Source of the DNA: Nemertoderma westbladi
Lineage: Eukaryota; Animalia; Xenacoelomorpha
Length of the DNA: 64,000 bases
Direction of reading: 5' to 3'
NCBI GenBank assembly: GCA_032718475.1
Contig: JAUCBJ010008622.1
Span: 62,001-126,000 of the forward strand
A program made the translations under genes and the position numbers. The notes beneath the pieces are model-generated. The model worked only from the letters and a program-made list of their open reading frames with translations, did not search any database and had not been told where the DNA came from. Below, in pieces: positions 1 to 11,762 of this stretch; position 1 is the first letter of the stretch; each line of letters begins with the position of its first letter.

Positions 1-1132
1 TGCTCTTGATGTAATGGGGTTTTTACTCAGATCATCCCAAGACAATTGGCCACGGTGATGCTTTTCTTTCTGGCCAACATTCTTACGTCGAGTGGATGCT
101 GTATTAGAATGGTCTTTAGCTGAAGATTCTATACTTCCTACTTCTATTACAGGCATTGTCAATATTTTCCAGCCACAGTCTCGTTTTTGTATAGGCTGCA
201 GACAATTTGCATTATCTTTAGCTTTATTGCCTACCGGTATACGTTTATTTCGTTTAGGTGTCTGGTTCTCAACTACAGGTATTATGGGTGAACTTCTAGG
301 GAATAATTGCACTACTGGTCACAGGATTACCAGTACCGGTACTTCTTAGAGTGGATCGCTTTTTGGTTATTCTGGCTGGAGTGCCAGCACCCGACGTGGA
401 GCGGTTACTGGTTGCGGATCGTAGTTGAGGAGTTAACACTAACGTAGAACCAGAAAATGACGCATTACTAGTATTCAAAAAGGACCTCGAACTTGATAAA
501 TCGAGTGGCGATTTTTGAGTTACAACTGATGAACTTTCCTCCATTCTATTATAATAAACCTTACACTCAACTCTCAGAACTTTAGGGCATAGTCAGGCAG
601 TAGATGGTAGGCTACTGCAACTGCAGTAAACATGGACCTGCCATTCCAGTCAGCCAGCAGACTGTTTGACAATATGGCCTATATTGTAGAGTGGTAGAGT
701 GGTAGGTACTGTCAGACTGACTGACTGAACAGCTGAAGGTGCTAGCTATCCACTATCATTTATGAATATGAAGATATTGTAATGTTTCCTGATCTGGCAA
801 TAAAACATTTATGAAAATATTAAAATGTTTCCCGATCTGGCAATAATAAATTTCCTGATCAGGAAACTTACCTTCTGACCTTATATTTAACATTGCAATT
901 TAAAGCAGCAAAAGTACATAATGAGCATCAAACCCATTGGTCACTAGGGACAGGTGATTATCCCTACACCTCAACTGTATTGCGCATCCTAACCAGTCAA
1001 TGCGCAGAAATGTTTATGTTAATTTTTCCCGATCGGGAAACATTTATTGCCCAATCTGGAAATGTCTGTGTTTACCGATTGGGCTAGTGGACTAGACTGC
1101 TTGGGACTAAGCTGCAAGCTCAAAATTATGAT

Positions 1133-2335
1133 ATGCTGAGTGCTATTAAATATGTAGCTAATCGATACATGGGAATCAACAGAAAAAGAAAACCCATACT
1201 ACTTATTCTTCCTGAATGCACAAAAATTGGTTCTGTTAATAATAAATCAGGCAATAATCATTGGATTATACATATTGCGGATACAAAAGAAAAGAGAGTC
1301 AGTTGTTTGAACCCACTTGGCCATAATACACCTAATAAAACCACATTCGAGTTTGCAAAAATATTATCTGAAATAGACGCTCTGAATCCAACTTACACAT
1401 CATCGACTGACAAGTGGTTGGTGACAGTAAGTTCTCACAATTACACAAAACAGCAGAATGGAAATGATTGTGGCGTGTTTATTTGTTTCTATGCTTTGAG
1501 CTTGGCTCAATCTCTAAAAACTGTACCAACCATGCTGAGGACTGATATCACAGGTACCAACACCAGGCAGTGGCTTCTTGCTTGTTTCCAAGCCTGTAAA
1601 TTAGTTGAAGATGAAAATTTCTACACTTCCGATATCGATAAGGAAACTGTAATTTCGCCACAATCACAAGATGATATTAATTTGGAATCAGTGCCTTTGT
1701 CCCGATACTCATCGACAAATAATAATACAATATTAACCTCAGACATACGAGTAAATGAAACACAATTAGATAATACTTATGTTTATGATCAAATGCAGAA
1801 GCCACGAAAACTTGCAATTGCGTCTCTTATGGAGAAAGGAGATCGGGAGAAAGAAAATGTAAGAATAAATATTTTTAATAGAATTAGGTCATTATTATCA
1901 CCGGTACAAGCTATGTCATTAAAACTAAAAGCCCGGGTATCTTCATATGAATTGGCCATCGATATTTATGAATTAATGCGAGTCTTATATGAGAATTATT
2001 TTTCAGAAGCCTGTAGGAAGAGGCTAAAGAATGTAGTAATGTGTAACAACTTGGAAAGTGATATGGTGACTAATATCAGATCAGAGTTCGTTCAAGCTAT
2101 GTCTCAGGTTCAAGCCAGATTGTGTAAGTTAGAAACTGACTTTGGTGCTCTTCAACAACTGAATAATTCTCTTAAAATTGAAATTTCCCATGAAAGACAC
2201 CGTAGAATGATTCTGGAAGCACAGTTGAATAGCATACCAGGACAAAGGAAAACCAGTATAATGGTAGACAAAGCTGAAATTTGTATACCTGATTCTTCTG
2301 ATAAATGCAAGTGTAATGACCCAGATGTCAGCTAA
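1133..2335 (+). CDS. LINE ORF1-region protein with N-terminal Ulp1/C48 SUMO-protease-like domain and C-terminal coiled coil
   Basis: Motifs NHWIIHIAD (catalytic His) and QQNGNDCGVFIC (oxyanion Gln and catalytic Cys). C-terminal heptad-rich LCKLETDFGALQQLNNSLKIE. Confidence 0.75.
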   Translation: MLSAIKYVANRYMGINRKRKPILLILPECTKIGSVNNKSGNNHWIIHIADTKEKRVSCLNPLGHNTPNKTTFEFAKILSEIDALNPTYTSSTDKWLVTVSSHNYTKQQNGNDCGVFICFYALSLAQSLKTVPTMLRTDITGTNTRQWLLACFQACKLVEDENFYTSDIDKETVISPQSQDDINLESVPLSRYSSTNNNTILTSDIRVNETQLDNTYVYDQMQKPRKLAIASLMEKGDREKENVRINIFNRIRSLLSPVQAMSLKLKARVSSYELAIDIYELMRVLYENYFSEACRKRLKNVVMCNNLESDMVTNIRSEFVQAMSQVQARLCKLETDFGALQQLNNSLKIEISHERHRRMILEAQLNSIPGQRKTSIMVDKAEICIPDSSDKCKCNDPDVS

Positions 2336-2846
2336 ATGTCTAAATGGTAATAAACATACACAGTTGAAGGATAATAAACTAAAAAGGTTAAACCGGAATT
2401 TTGAACAATGGAGCACTCCTAGTCAGTATGTGGACAATTCTGACCCTTATGTCATGGATAAAACTGAAACAGTTTCACTATCACAAAGTAATAGTGCTCC
2501 CAGTATAAACATTGATTGTGCAGAGACACATAAATATATTTCAGTGCATATTGCTGGCATTCACATGAAGCATACTGAGGATGATGTTGTTGGATATCTA
2601 AAAGTGCATGGGATTAATGTTTATCGAATAACGACGAGATTCAGTAATGGTGCCAAAATAATGAATGTGGTAGTTCATCATGATTACATGTTTGATTTAA
2701 TGAAGGAGGGATTGTTTGAAAAGGGAATTAATGTTGATACATGCAAGAAGTATGTTCCTCTAGCTCCAAGTATGAATAATAATAGGATTCAACGCAGTGG
2801 GACTTGGAGATCAAAGAACAGCAATACGGAATGGTATTATTCCTAA
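2316..2846 (+). CDS. LINE ORF1 C-terminal part (RRM-like), frameshifted from 1133-2335
   Basis: SVHIAGI...TEDDVVGYLK...FEKGINV resembles the RRM-like end of LINE ORF1 proteins. It lies directly before ORF2. Confidence 0.5.
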   Translation: MTQMSAKCLNGNKHTQLKDNKLKRLNRNFEQWSTPSQYVDNSDPYVMDKTETVSLSQSNSAPSINIDCAETHKYISVHIAGIHMKHTEDDVVGYLKVHGINVYRITTRFSNGAKIMNVVVHHDYMFDLMKEGLFEKGINVDTCKKYVPLAPSMNNNRIQRSGTWRSKNSNTEWYYS

Positions 2847-4922
2847 CCAACGAAATATTAATGGGAAGATACTTTGCATGGAAAATAATGATTGTAATGG
2901 AGCTAATAACAACATGGATATGGATAATGATGGGCCCAAACAGCTTGCTTATAATAAACTATCAGGAAGTGGATATAAAGGGGATGGTAAAAGGTTGAGC
3001 ATTCTTCGCATAGGTACATTTAATTGCCATGGAGTGATTGGGAATTTGGATTACTTCAACAAACTATTAGGGGAGTCTGATATATTGTCTATACAGGAAT
3101 ACTGGCTTGATGGACCTGAGTTTGAACAGAAGATAAAGCATCCTATTAAAGGGACATATGATTGTGTTTATACAATCAGTAAGAAAATGCGGAATTCTTT
3201 TTAGAAACGTGGGGCCGGTGGCGTAGCACTTATATACAAAAAAGGAATCTTCGAAACGGTAACAAAAATTGAGTCTGAAGATGACATAGTTGGAGTTAAA
3301 GCATCCATTACAGGTTGTGATACCTCCTTTATATTCATATCATGTTATGCGCCAGACTCTGGGAAACCTATATCTGAATATGGAAGTCACTTGAGGAGGT
3401 TAAAGTTATTGCTGGATGAGAATAATCTATCCATACCATTCATTTTAGGAGATCTCAATGTGGATGTTGGGGCATCACAAGGCCCGCAGTTCAATAGGAT
3501 TAAGCCAACAGAACACGGACTGCATTTGATCCGATTCGTAAAGGATATGAATCTTTTATGCTCAGATACCTTAGGTACATTCACAGGACCTGTTGTGACA
3601 TTTCATGGGAGGGGTCATTCATATATTGATCATATAATATCTACTGAATGTGGAAACTCACTATTAGTAAATGGCAAAGTTCATGCTAGGGATGAAGCTT
3701 CAAACTTCTCTGATCATTCACCTATTACGTTGGTGCTTAAACTACCAAACAAAGGGAGATATAGAGGGGATTGTAATTCGCAACTACGAACTCGTAAGTT
3801 AACTAAACGTGCTTGGGACAAAGCTACACCTGAACAGATTAGTAATTATGCAAAGTTAGTTAATGTGGAGTTACAAGCACTGCATTCTAAGTTCATTAAT
3901 GATGGTGAAAGTGCAGTCTTAACATGGAAGGTAGATAAAATGAATGAATATATGGAAAATATACAGGCTATTATTAGTAAATCGGCAGTGAAGTTCATCC
4001 CAGCAACTAAACTTGGAAAGTACGCAAAGAATTTTCGAGTAAGGAGTAAAAGTTTAAACGAGCATTCAAAAACAACGAAAAAATTGTACGACATCTGGCT
4101 AAAAAATGGGAAAACAGATGGTGATGAATTTGGTATTGCATTTAAGGAGGCTAAATGGAATACTCGACGGCTACGGAATTTACTATGTAAACAAAATGTT
4201 AGAGGGGTAACAATGAGGATAAACCCTAGTAGAAGGAATTTCTGGAGAAGTTTTTCTAGAAATCAAGGAATTGGGAGCCAGGAACTTCCATTGAATTTAA
4301 AAGATGACATTAGGAACCATTTAAAGCAGAAGTTTAATATAAAGCAGGAAACTACTGGGCTACAAGAAATGACGGACAAACTGGATAGTAAATGTGTAGG
4401 CCCCATGCCTACCTTCGGGCGAAATCAGATAGCACGGATTAACAGCTCCTTACCAAGGGGGAAGGCCTTAGATTTTGCCTCCTTATCAGCAGAGCACCTT
4501 CAACATTTAGATGTATGTCAGCTAAGCATATACATTGAGGAAGTCTTGAGTGCGGCTATGCGTCTAGGTGAAGTGCCTTCTTTATTTGGGAAAACAGTGA
4601 TTAGTAGCTTATATAAAGGAGGTGTGAAGGATGCATTGAAATCAACATCATATCGACCAGTCTCCAGCGTTAGTATTTTTGGTAAGATATTTGAGGGTTT
4701 AGTCGCATGCCATATCATATTTAAATGTAGTTCAGTGACACATAGTTTACAGATGGCATATAAAGAAGGTAATGGGACTGATCTTGTAATTTCCCTTATA
4801 CTGGAAACACTGCAATACTACAATCAAAGACGTACACCAGTTTATGTCTGTCAGGTTGACATATCATCAGCCTTTGACTCCGTTAGTCACCTTACACTTT
4901 TTAATAAACTAGTGGAGATTAT
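2797..4922 (+). pseudogene. LINE A ORF2 N-half: APE endonuclease and first RT subdomains (stop at 3202-3204)
   Basis: APE motifs, then SYRPVSSVS, GKIFE and VDISSAFDSV. The frame is broken by a stop and then by the nested insertion. Confidence 0.85.
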
Positions 4923-5687
4923 ATATTTGTTTATTACGCCGGATGTGGCAACCGTACAGTAACGATCTGTCCTATTTGGATTTACAGCCGTTAAAACTTT
5001 GCAACCAGATTTGTAAATTTGCTGAATGCAGCAAAATCCTAGGAGTACATTTTGAAAGAAGCTTGCGTTTTACCAGTCACACCAACTATGTTTATAAGAA
5101 ATTTTGGATAATATGGAACCAACTGAAACGTTATATATAACCAAGCCATGGTCTTTTTTACCAACAATAATGAAGCTCATTAATACTGTAATACTACCAC
5201 GCTGTATGTATGGGAGTGTTGTTTGGCAACCATTTGTTTCTAATAAACACCTCTATGAAAATATAATGTTGAAATCGGCAGTTGGATCACATTTTAACCC
5301 TAGTGGTATGAAGTTGGAAACAGTTTGCGGACTTCCAAACCATGATATTTGGGGTGAGATTATAGCAATAAAATACTTATTACAGATATGCTCAAGGACA
5401 GGAAGCACATTAAGACTACTATGGACAAACATGTTACCACGTGTGAAAACACAACATATCTTCTATAGTCATTTATGTTTTCTTCGTCGCTTCTTAGCTG
5501 ACAGGTTAGAATATCGATCTGCAACTGCCCTTCCCGCATTGAAAAATATAGATGTAAAGAGCTTTATGTATACAACAGAGATAATGAATAAATATACATG
5601 AAAACTTTGGCACAAACAGTTAGTGAGCATAAATACTGAAGAAACGTATGCTAACATAATTCCATCATTGAAACCAATAACCCTTAA

Positions 5688-7365
5688 GGGGGCACGTAGG
5701 CGTAATGCCGGCGTAAGTGTTTTTAATGAAAATTAATGCCCCATTTATTTTAAAAGTACTGAATGGAAATGGTTGAAATTTATACCACATCTTCTTTACC
5801 ATTAGATACACCCCTGGAACTAAAATCTTAGTGATATATATATCTGTTGGCCCAATATAATAAAATCTATTTCAGCTAAAAAGTATAATATTTCAAATGT
5901 CTATAACTATTATTCTTATGCCTGAAATCCATTTTTTTTAGTTCAGTGGTTGCAAAATAACTTATATATATATCCCTGAAAGTTTCACCAGTATACCATT
6001 TCTGGTTCTCTCAAAAAAGGGTCATTTGTATAAGAAATAGCGTTAATCGCGAAGCGGTAAAATAACGCGTTTAAAGTTTCCGAACACTAAAATACCACTT
6101 CGATAGTATATTATAGTTATCTGATATCAGTTTAAGATCCATAGATATATATAGACTTAGTATATACTTAATATAAACAAAAGTAAATCTTATTCTACTC
6201 TTTCCTAATTTAATTACACTTAATAATGATACAATATACTCTTCAATTCACAACTAAAAGATAATATCAATAATATATGGTTCGATAGTTTGATAGTTTT
6301 AGTTCAAGAAACAGCTAAAGATGGAATATAAAATAAGTGAATCATCTAAGTATAAATTGAATATACAACTCAAGTCAATCAACCTAGTATTTCCCTGCCC
6401 CATACTTCCCATCCTCTTCATCTGCATCCTCATTCCCAAGCTTTCTCTTCCTCTTGCTCCTTCTTGCCTCCTTAGCCACTGTATTTATCACACGCTGAGC
6501 ATTCTTGACCTTGAGGAGATCCATCTTTGTCACTAAATCAAAGGAATATTTCCCAGGATTGCAGCCAAGATCTTGAAGGACTTTCATCCTTGAAGTATAA
6601 CCATCATTAAATGTAATGACAGAATCCAATACGCCCAACTCTAGTACAGTTGTCGTAATAAATACACGCTTCGGAAGTCTTGCCCAAACAACATTATTGA
6701 AGCTCTCATTGACATGCTGCGTTTTGCCATGGAGACACTTCGCTAATAAGTTAGGGTCTGAAAGAGACTTATATATGGGCTTTATGGCATCCATTACAGC
6801 AGGAGGTAAGTTATGGGTATGTTTGTATTCCTTATTTTGCAAAAGTGCTACATTAAACTTGCACCATGATGTTTCTCCTTTTGGGCACAGGTGGTGTTGT
6901 GGGTAATCATCAGTGGATGATTTATGATAGAAAGTTGCCCACACTCCTTTCACCATCATGTCTACACTCATGGTATTCGCTCTGATGGCTTTACCATAGT
7001 ACGTCTGAAGGCTATCTATTTCAACTTTAGTAAGGCGATTTCGTCCTATCAATAACTTGTTATCAGCAAGTTTTTTACCTTTATTTTCTTTCACTAAGTT
7101 GCGCAATCGACACCCCATCCTCTTCTGAATATGTCCTACACATTCCAATTTTGTTATGGTAACATCTGATCCATAAGGTTCCTTATCGAGAATGTTCTTG
7201 AAGGCACTGCTGTCTCCATCACCCAGGTACTTTATATACCGCACTCCTCTATCTTCTAAGGAGCGAAAAAATAACTTCTCAACTCCCACTTCCTCCATGC
7301 CACCACTAGTACCTGTGTAATTCCTGGAGCAGGTGGTACGATGACTCTCCCTCTCTTCGAGATGT
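5688..7365 (-). mobile_element. Kolobok-type DNA transposon remnant (3' half)
   Basis: Starts GGGGGCAC right after TTAA. Contains a transposase ORF. No matching terminal inverted repeat found at the other TTAA. Confidence 0.6.
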
Positions 7366-7460
7366 GCTACGCCGGCGTAGCCGGCGGAGCACTGACAATG
7401 ATAGAGATGCTGCGCTCGGCGCAGCAGGCGTCGAAATATCCCCGGCGTCGTCGCTGCCAA
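6384..7460 (-). CDS. DDE transposase ('Mutator-like' domain family, Kolobok-type), N-terminus replaced by unrelated GC-rich DNA
   Basis: Motifs GTSGGME, YLGDGDSS, KLECVGHIQKRMG, HHLCPKGETSWC and TQHVNESFN. Confidence 0.8.
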   Translation of the reverse strand: MAATTPGIFRRLLRRAQHLYHCQCSAGYAGVAHLEERESHRTTCSRNYTGTSGGMEEVGVEKLFFRSLEDRGVRYIKYLGDGDSSAFKNILDKEPYGSDVTITKLECVGHIQKRMGCRLRNLVKENKGKKLADNKLLIGRNRLTKVEIDSLQTYYGKAIRANTMSVDMMVKGVWATFYHKSSTDDYPQHHLCPKGETSWCKFNVALLQNKEYKHTHNLPPAVMDAIKPIYKSLSDPNLLAKCLHGKTQHVNESFNNVVWARLPKRVFITTTVLELGVLDSVITFNDGYTSRMKVLQDLGCNPGKYSFDLVTKMDLLKVKNAQRVINTVAKEARRSKRKRKLGNEDADEEDGKYGAGKY

Positions 7461-7999
7461 ATTGACCTGGCGCCGGAGCAGGAATCAGCCCAGCACACGC
7501 GGCGTACATAATTGCCTGGCGCAGAAATCAGCCGAACGTAGCACCAGACAGACAGTGAGACTGAGACAGCATGGCAACAGACATGCGTTCATCAGACCAG
7601 CACAGCAACACAATAAAACCAACTGGCCATGCAGGAGGCAGAATGGAAACTCACACTGGCTGACTGCAACTGGTCATTTATTTACGTATTTAGCCTTACG
7701 CTGTTATGAAGTAGGCAGGTCAGCAGGCAGGCTATCACAGTTCCAGCTATCAGCTGATCAGTCATTATTGCTATTGGTTAGTCAGTTGATTTATTTACAT
7801 ATTGCTGTGCTGTGCTGTATTGTATAAGCTATATTTATATTATATTATATTATTTGGATGGAGACACCGCTATCATAGAAGCGTATAAATAAAACTGCAT
7901 ATAATAAAACAGGATAAAGTTGAACACTGAATAAAACAAAACGATTTTACATGGCAATGGCACTATTGATAATGAAACAATTTATTACTGGCGACACAC

Positions 8000-8735
8000 G
8001 GGCCTTACAAGCTGATCTAGACGCTGGCTGGTGGAATGTTGTAACCATTGGAAATTGCCGTTCAGCAGTTCATTGACTCCAAGTGCAAGGTAATGCATCT
8101 AGGTTCTAGAAATCCCCAAGCAACTTTTTACACAATAATGGACGGACACTTTTATTGGCAACCGAGGAACGTGATTTGGGAATTACATTTACACCTAACT
8201 TGTCCTTCACATGTCACTGCACAAAGACTGCAGCCCGTGCCATATGCGAGTCGTCCATTTAATACGAAGAACCTTTACATATTTGGAAGCTCCGATGTTT
8301 ACCCTCTGACCCTGTTATACAAATCCCTTGTTTGGCCTCGTCCTTGAATACGAATCGTCTTGAACAAGTACAACCCCGTGCCACAGTTGTCATATGAAAA
8401 CCGACTACGTGCATGCAACCGACTACTACCGACATTAATATATCGCCGTGTACTAGCCGACCGTATAACAACATAAAAAGTTTATCCACGGGATTGACAA
8501 TATTGAGCGAAGTAATTTCTTCCAGTTTCGTTCCGAACTCCACCAATACTCAACACGAGGCTCTTTCTTGGCGCTGTACAAAGTTCGATCTATAGGACTC
8601 AAAGGAGATGCAACAACTTTGCAGACAGCGTTGTAAACATTTGGAATCCTTTACCATCACCGGAAAGTGTTGTTAATGCACGTAATACCCTTGGTACTCC
8701 TTGCTTGAACACATTCAAAAATAGACTAGACTGCG
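8000..8735 (+). mobile_element. Decayed CR1/L2-type LINE 3' fragment
   Basis: ALQADLD, KCKVMHLGSRN, LYKSLV.P and VVNIWN.LP...FKNRLD, spread over frameshifts. Confidence 0.7.
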
Positions 8736-9301
8736 AAATGTCCCTTAAAATGAATATATAGTGATACTCCTGTGCGCCAAGTGGCAGTAGCGAAAGCGAT
8801 ATCTTTCGGATATCTTTCGGATACAACGATTTCTTTATTAAAATCTAGCTACAGTACCTATTATTTTCATTTTTCCAATCCAAAAAATATTTTTTTGTAT
8901 GTTAAATTTTAAAATAGTGTTTTTTTATGTGTAATTGTTATCCTCTTTTGTAGTTACTTTACTTTGCACGTTTTATTTCAGCAGTAATATTTTACTTATG
9001 TGACATACCTACGGTACCAAATTTATATTCCGTATAACTACGTATTGTGTTGCATCCTATAGAGTAATGTAAAATTGTCCCTTATTAATATGTTTGCCTT
9101 TAGTACTGTATGTTGTTGAAGCCCTTAAACTAAGTATGGTTTGCCGGTTTTTAATTTAATTTACTGTAATTTCATTTTTTTTAATAATTAATATGCACCA
9201 ACTGTAAGTACAGTAAATAAACTATAATTTTAATTATCTTACTAATTTTACCTGAATACCATTATCCGTATTTTTATTACAATAGTACATACGCTTCCAT
9301 A

Positions 9302-9610
9302 AGGGTTCCACCTTGGTGTAGTGGTAGGGTTCCACCTTGGTGTAGTGGTAGTGTGTAGTGGTTGCATTGAATTCAGATCTCCTGTAGGTCGTGAGTTCGA
9401 TCCTCACATGGACCAGGGCAGTTTTCGTGTCGGCACGAATGCTTTAAAGGGACCACCCAGGGCGCATCTATCGTCTTGCATCCTTAAGTGGTAGCTAAAT
9501 GAGTATTGGAGTTTCCTCTGGTGAGTAAAGTTCTGGGGGGACCGCACTGGAAATAAGTCGTCAGACTTTGTGCGTAATCCCTGGCCTAACGGCCGAAGAA
9601 CAGTAAAGAT
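9302..9610 (+). mobile_element. tRNA-derived SINE with duplicated 5' end
   Basis: A box TGGTGTAGTGG (24-bp head duplicated) and B box GAGTTCGATCC near 9394. Central CATCCTT..GTAGCTAAATGAGTA resembles the conserved central domains of invertebrate SINEs. Confidence 0.65.
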
Positions 9611-10948
9611 ACATTTAATGTATCTTTAATATTCTTTCAATAATTCATATTGTAACATTTCAGTAATTTCAAAAAATGTACACTTTACTTGAGAACAAAA
9701 ATTTACATGCAGTGTTTCTTAAGTGGTTGTTTCGTAATGTTACACTTTTGGAATAAAACAATGCACCTACTGTACTTGTTGCATTTGTCGTTAAGGTATT
9801 CCGTCTCTGTATCCTTATTTTACATTTCACCCACCCACTACTTTCGTTCGTTTAAGAACGGAACGTTTACGAACCAAGTTCTTTACAAACAAATGCCAAT
9901 ACCATGAATACTTATTAATGGCACGCTGTACCGGATGATTTAGTTTAACATAATTATTAAAATCATATAAAGTTTAATATATTCAAATATCCAAATCCAT
10001 AAAACCCCATACTTTTTTATTTATTATTATTTACGGTACTTTTTTTATTTTGGTATCTTATTATTACTTTCTATGGAACATAGTTTGTTGAATTTCGTAT
10101 ACGATATCATGCAGTATTTAATGTACGACGAAATGTGGAATCATTTATTCTCGGACTTATCATCGGACAAGCAAACCTCGCACATATGCGATACATATAC
10201 AATGATTTGGTACACAATCGTTGCACTTGTGGAGACATTGAGACAGAATACCACTATTTATTTGTTTGTTCGGACAGACACGATACAATTACGAACCTCA
10301 TAGAGTCCTTAAACTATAATAACTTACCAGTATCGCTAACAACTATCCAGCTAGCGAGATGCGAAAGAATTATAGATTGCTTAAAGCAGGTTTGCATTTG
10401 ATCTCTGTACATATTATATCATATGCTTCAACACAATTCTAACTCTATTTTTAAGGTGAAGGTTTATTTTATATTTTTATGTGTTACAATAATTTGAATT
10501 GAGTGTATATATTTTTGTCTATGCTTCCATGATGCCTACACAATGAGGCTTATTATATTAGATTTATATATATATATATATATATATACAGTAAAACATT
10601 AAAATTAATAATTTAATTATAAGCACGATAAGTAAAATCCATACTGACGTATAAAATATGTAGAGTTAAAGAGTTAAAACGGTAAAATAAAAAATAGTGT
10701 GGATACCACCTCGCCTTGCGATAATCAGCTGGTCATTCTAAGGTAGCCCACTTAGTAAGTGGGTGCTGGTTGCCCGGGCAACGTAATAAATGGTAGAGGG
10801 AGGCCTCTTGGCCACACAGTGTAAGATACAGGATGAGTTTGCTTGGTGGAATTGCTTGTTCTGACAGATCCGGTGGTGAAAACCATGAACACTGTATCTA
10901 GTTGTAACGTGTCGATTCGGGTTGTTGGAGTTGCACCAGTTTCGGTTG

Positions 10949-11524
10949 CTAAACCCAATGCAAGACCAAAACGCGGGGGAATTTCTTGATGCTTAATATC
11001 GACTCCATTAGTATATAGAATGAACTCGGGGTGGCAGTGAGATGAAGCTGTGAAACGATATCGCAAATGAGGGTGCGTTCGTTGCATAATGCGAGCACTA
11101 GCCGGTTCTTTGTGGACTTATGGAGACCTAGAACTTTCTCAAGATAGGTTGATTTGATTTTATCTATAAATTCCAAGTTAGTTGCAGTTATGAAAGGCCA
11201 AATTTCACGTAAGCTGTATAAAATTACGGGAACCATTTTCAATTTAAACAGTTTTATTGCACAGGATAAAGAAAGGAGATACGGTTTGTTGATTGATTGG
11301 ATTACTGATATCGCTTTACATGTTATACAGGTGATGTGCTTTGTAAAAGATAACTTTGTTTGAAGAGTTACCCCAAGATATTTATATGAGTTTACTAATT
11401 CCAGTGGTTGTCCATTAAATGTAAATTTATCTTCTTTGCTAAGTCGCCCTCCACGTCGAAACTTCATCACTTTGGTTTTGGACAGGTTGACATCTAGACC
11501 ATTTTCTGCAGACCATTCGGCCAC
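10949..11524 (-). CDS. LINE B RT C-part (thumb), frameshifted
   Basis: VNLSKTKVM and SYKYLGV; FADD lies just upstream at ~11577-11588. Confidence 0.75.
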   Translation of the reverse strand: MAEWSAENGLDVNLSKTKVMKFRRGGRLSKEDKFTFNGQPLELVNSYKYLGVTLQTKLSFTKHITCITCKAISVIQSINKPYLLSLSCAIKLFKLKMVPVILYSLREIWPFITATNLEFIDKIKSTYLEKVLGLHKSTKNRLVLALCNERTLICDIVSQLHLTATPSSFYILMESILSIKKFPRVLVLHWV

Positions 11525-11762
11525 TGCGTTGAGCCCAGCCTGGATGGCTTCACGGGAGTCGCCGTAAAATAGGAGGTCATCCGCGAATAGTAATACTATG
11601 AGTTCGCAATACGGAAGACTGCGCGCTTTATAAAATCATCAATATCGTAAATAAATAAAATGAAGGGCAGGGGGCTGAGGCTGATCCCTTGAAGCACTCC
11701 TCGTATCTGCTGTACTATTTTTGATTTTCGGATGCCATCGAATAATTGGATGTAGTTTACGC

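Larger units (their letters stand above)
4927..10588 (+). mobile_element. LINE C, 5'-truncated 3' fragment, split by an insert at 5688-10117
   Basis: Post-RT motifs KILGVHF and ILPRCMYGSVVW. The frame ...KPITL|NVRRNVESFILG...CTCGDIETEYHYLFVC (C-terminal CCHC) joins across TTAA 5684-5687 / 10118-10121. Ends in (TA)n. Confidence 0.75.

Noticed and set aside
1-544. Minus-strand Ser-rich ORF as an inverted 5' part of LINE A
   Set aside because: No motif or junction evidence links it to LINE A; it runs off the window.
760-1065. Repeated palindromic TTTCC.GATC.GG motifs
   Set aside because: Probably a MITE remnant, but the ends and TSD could not be defined.
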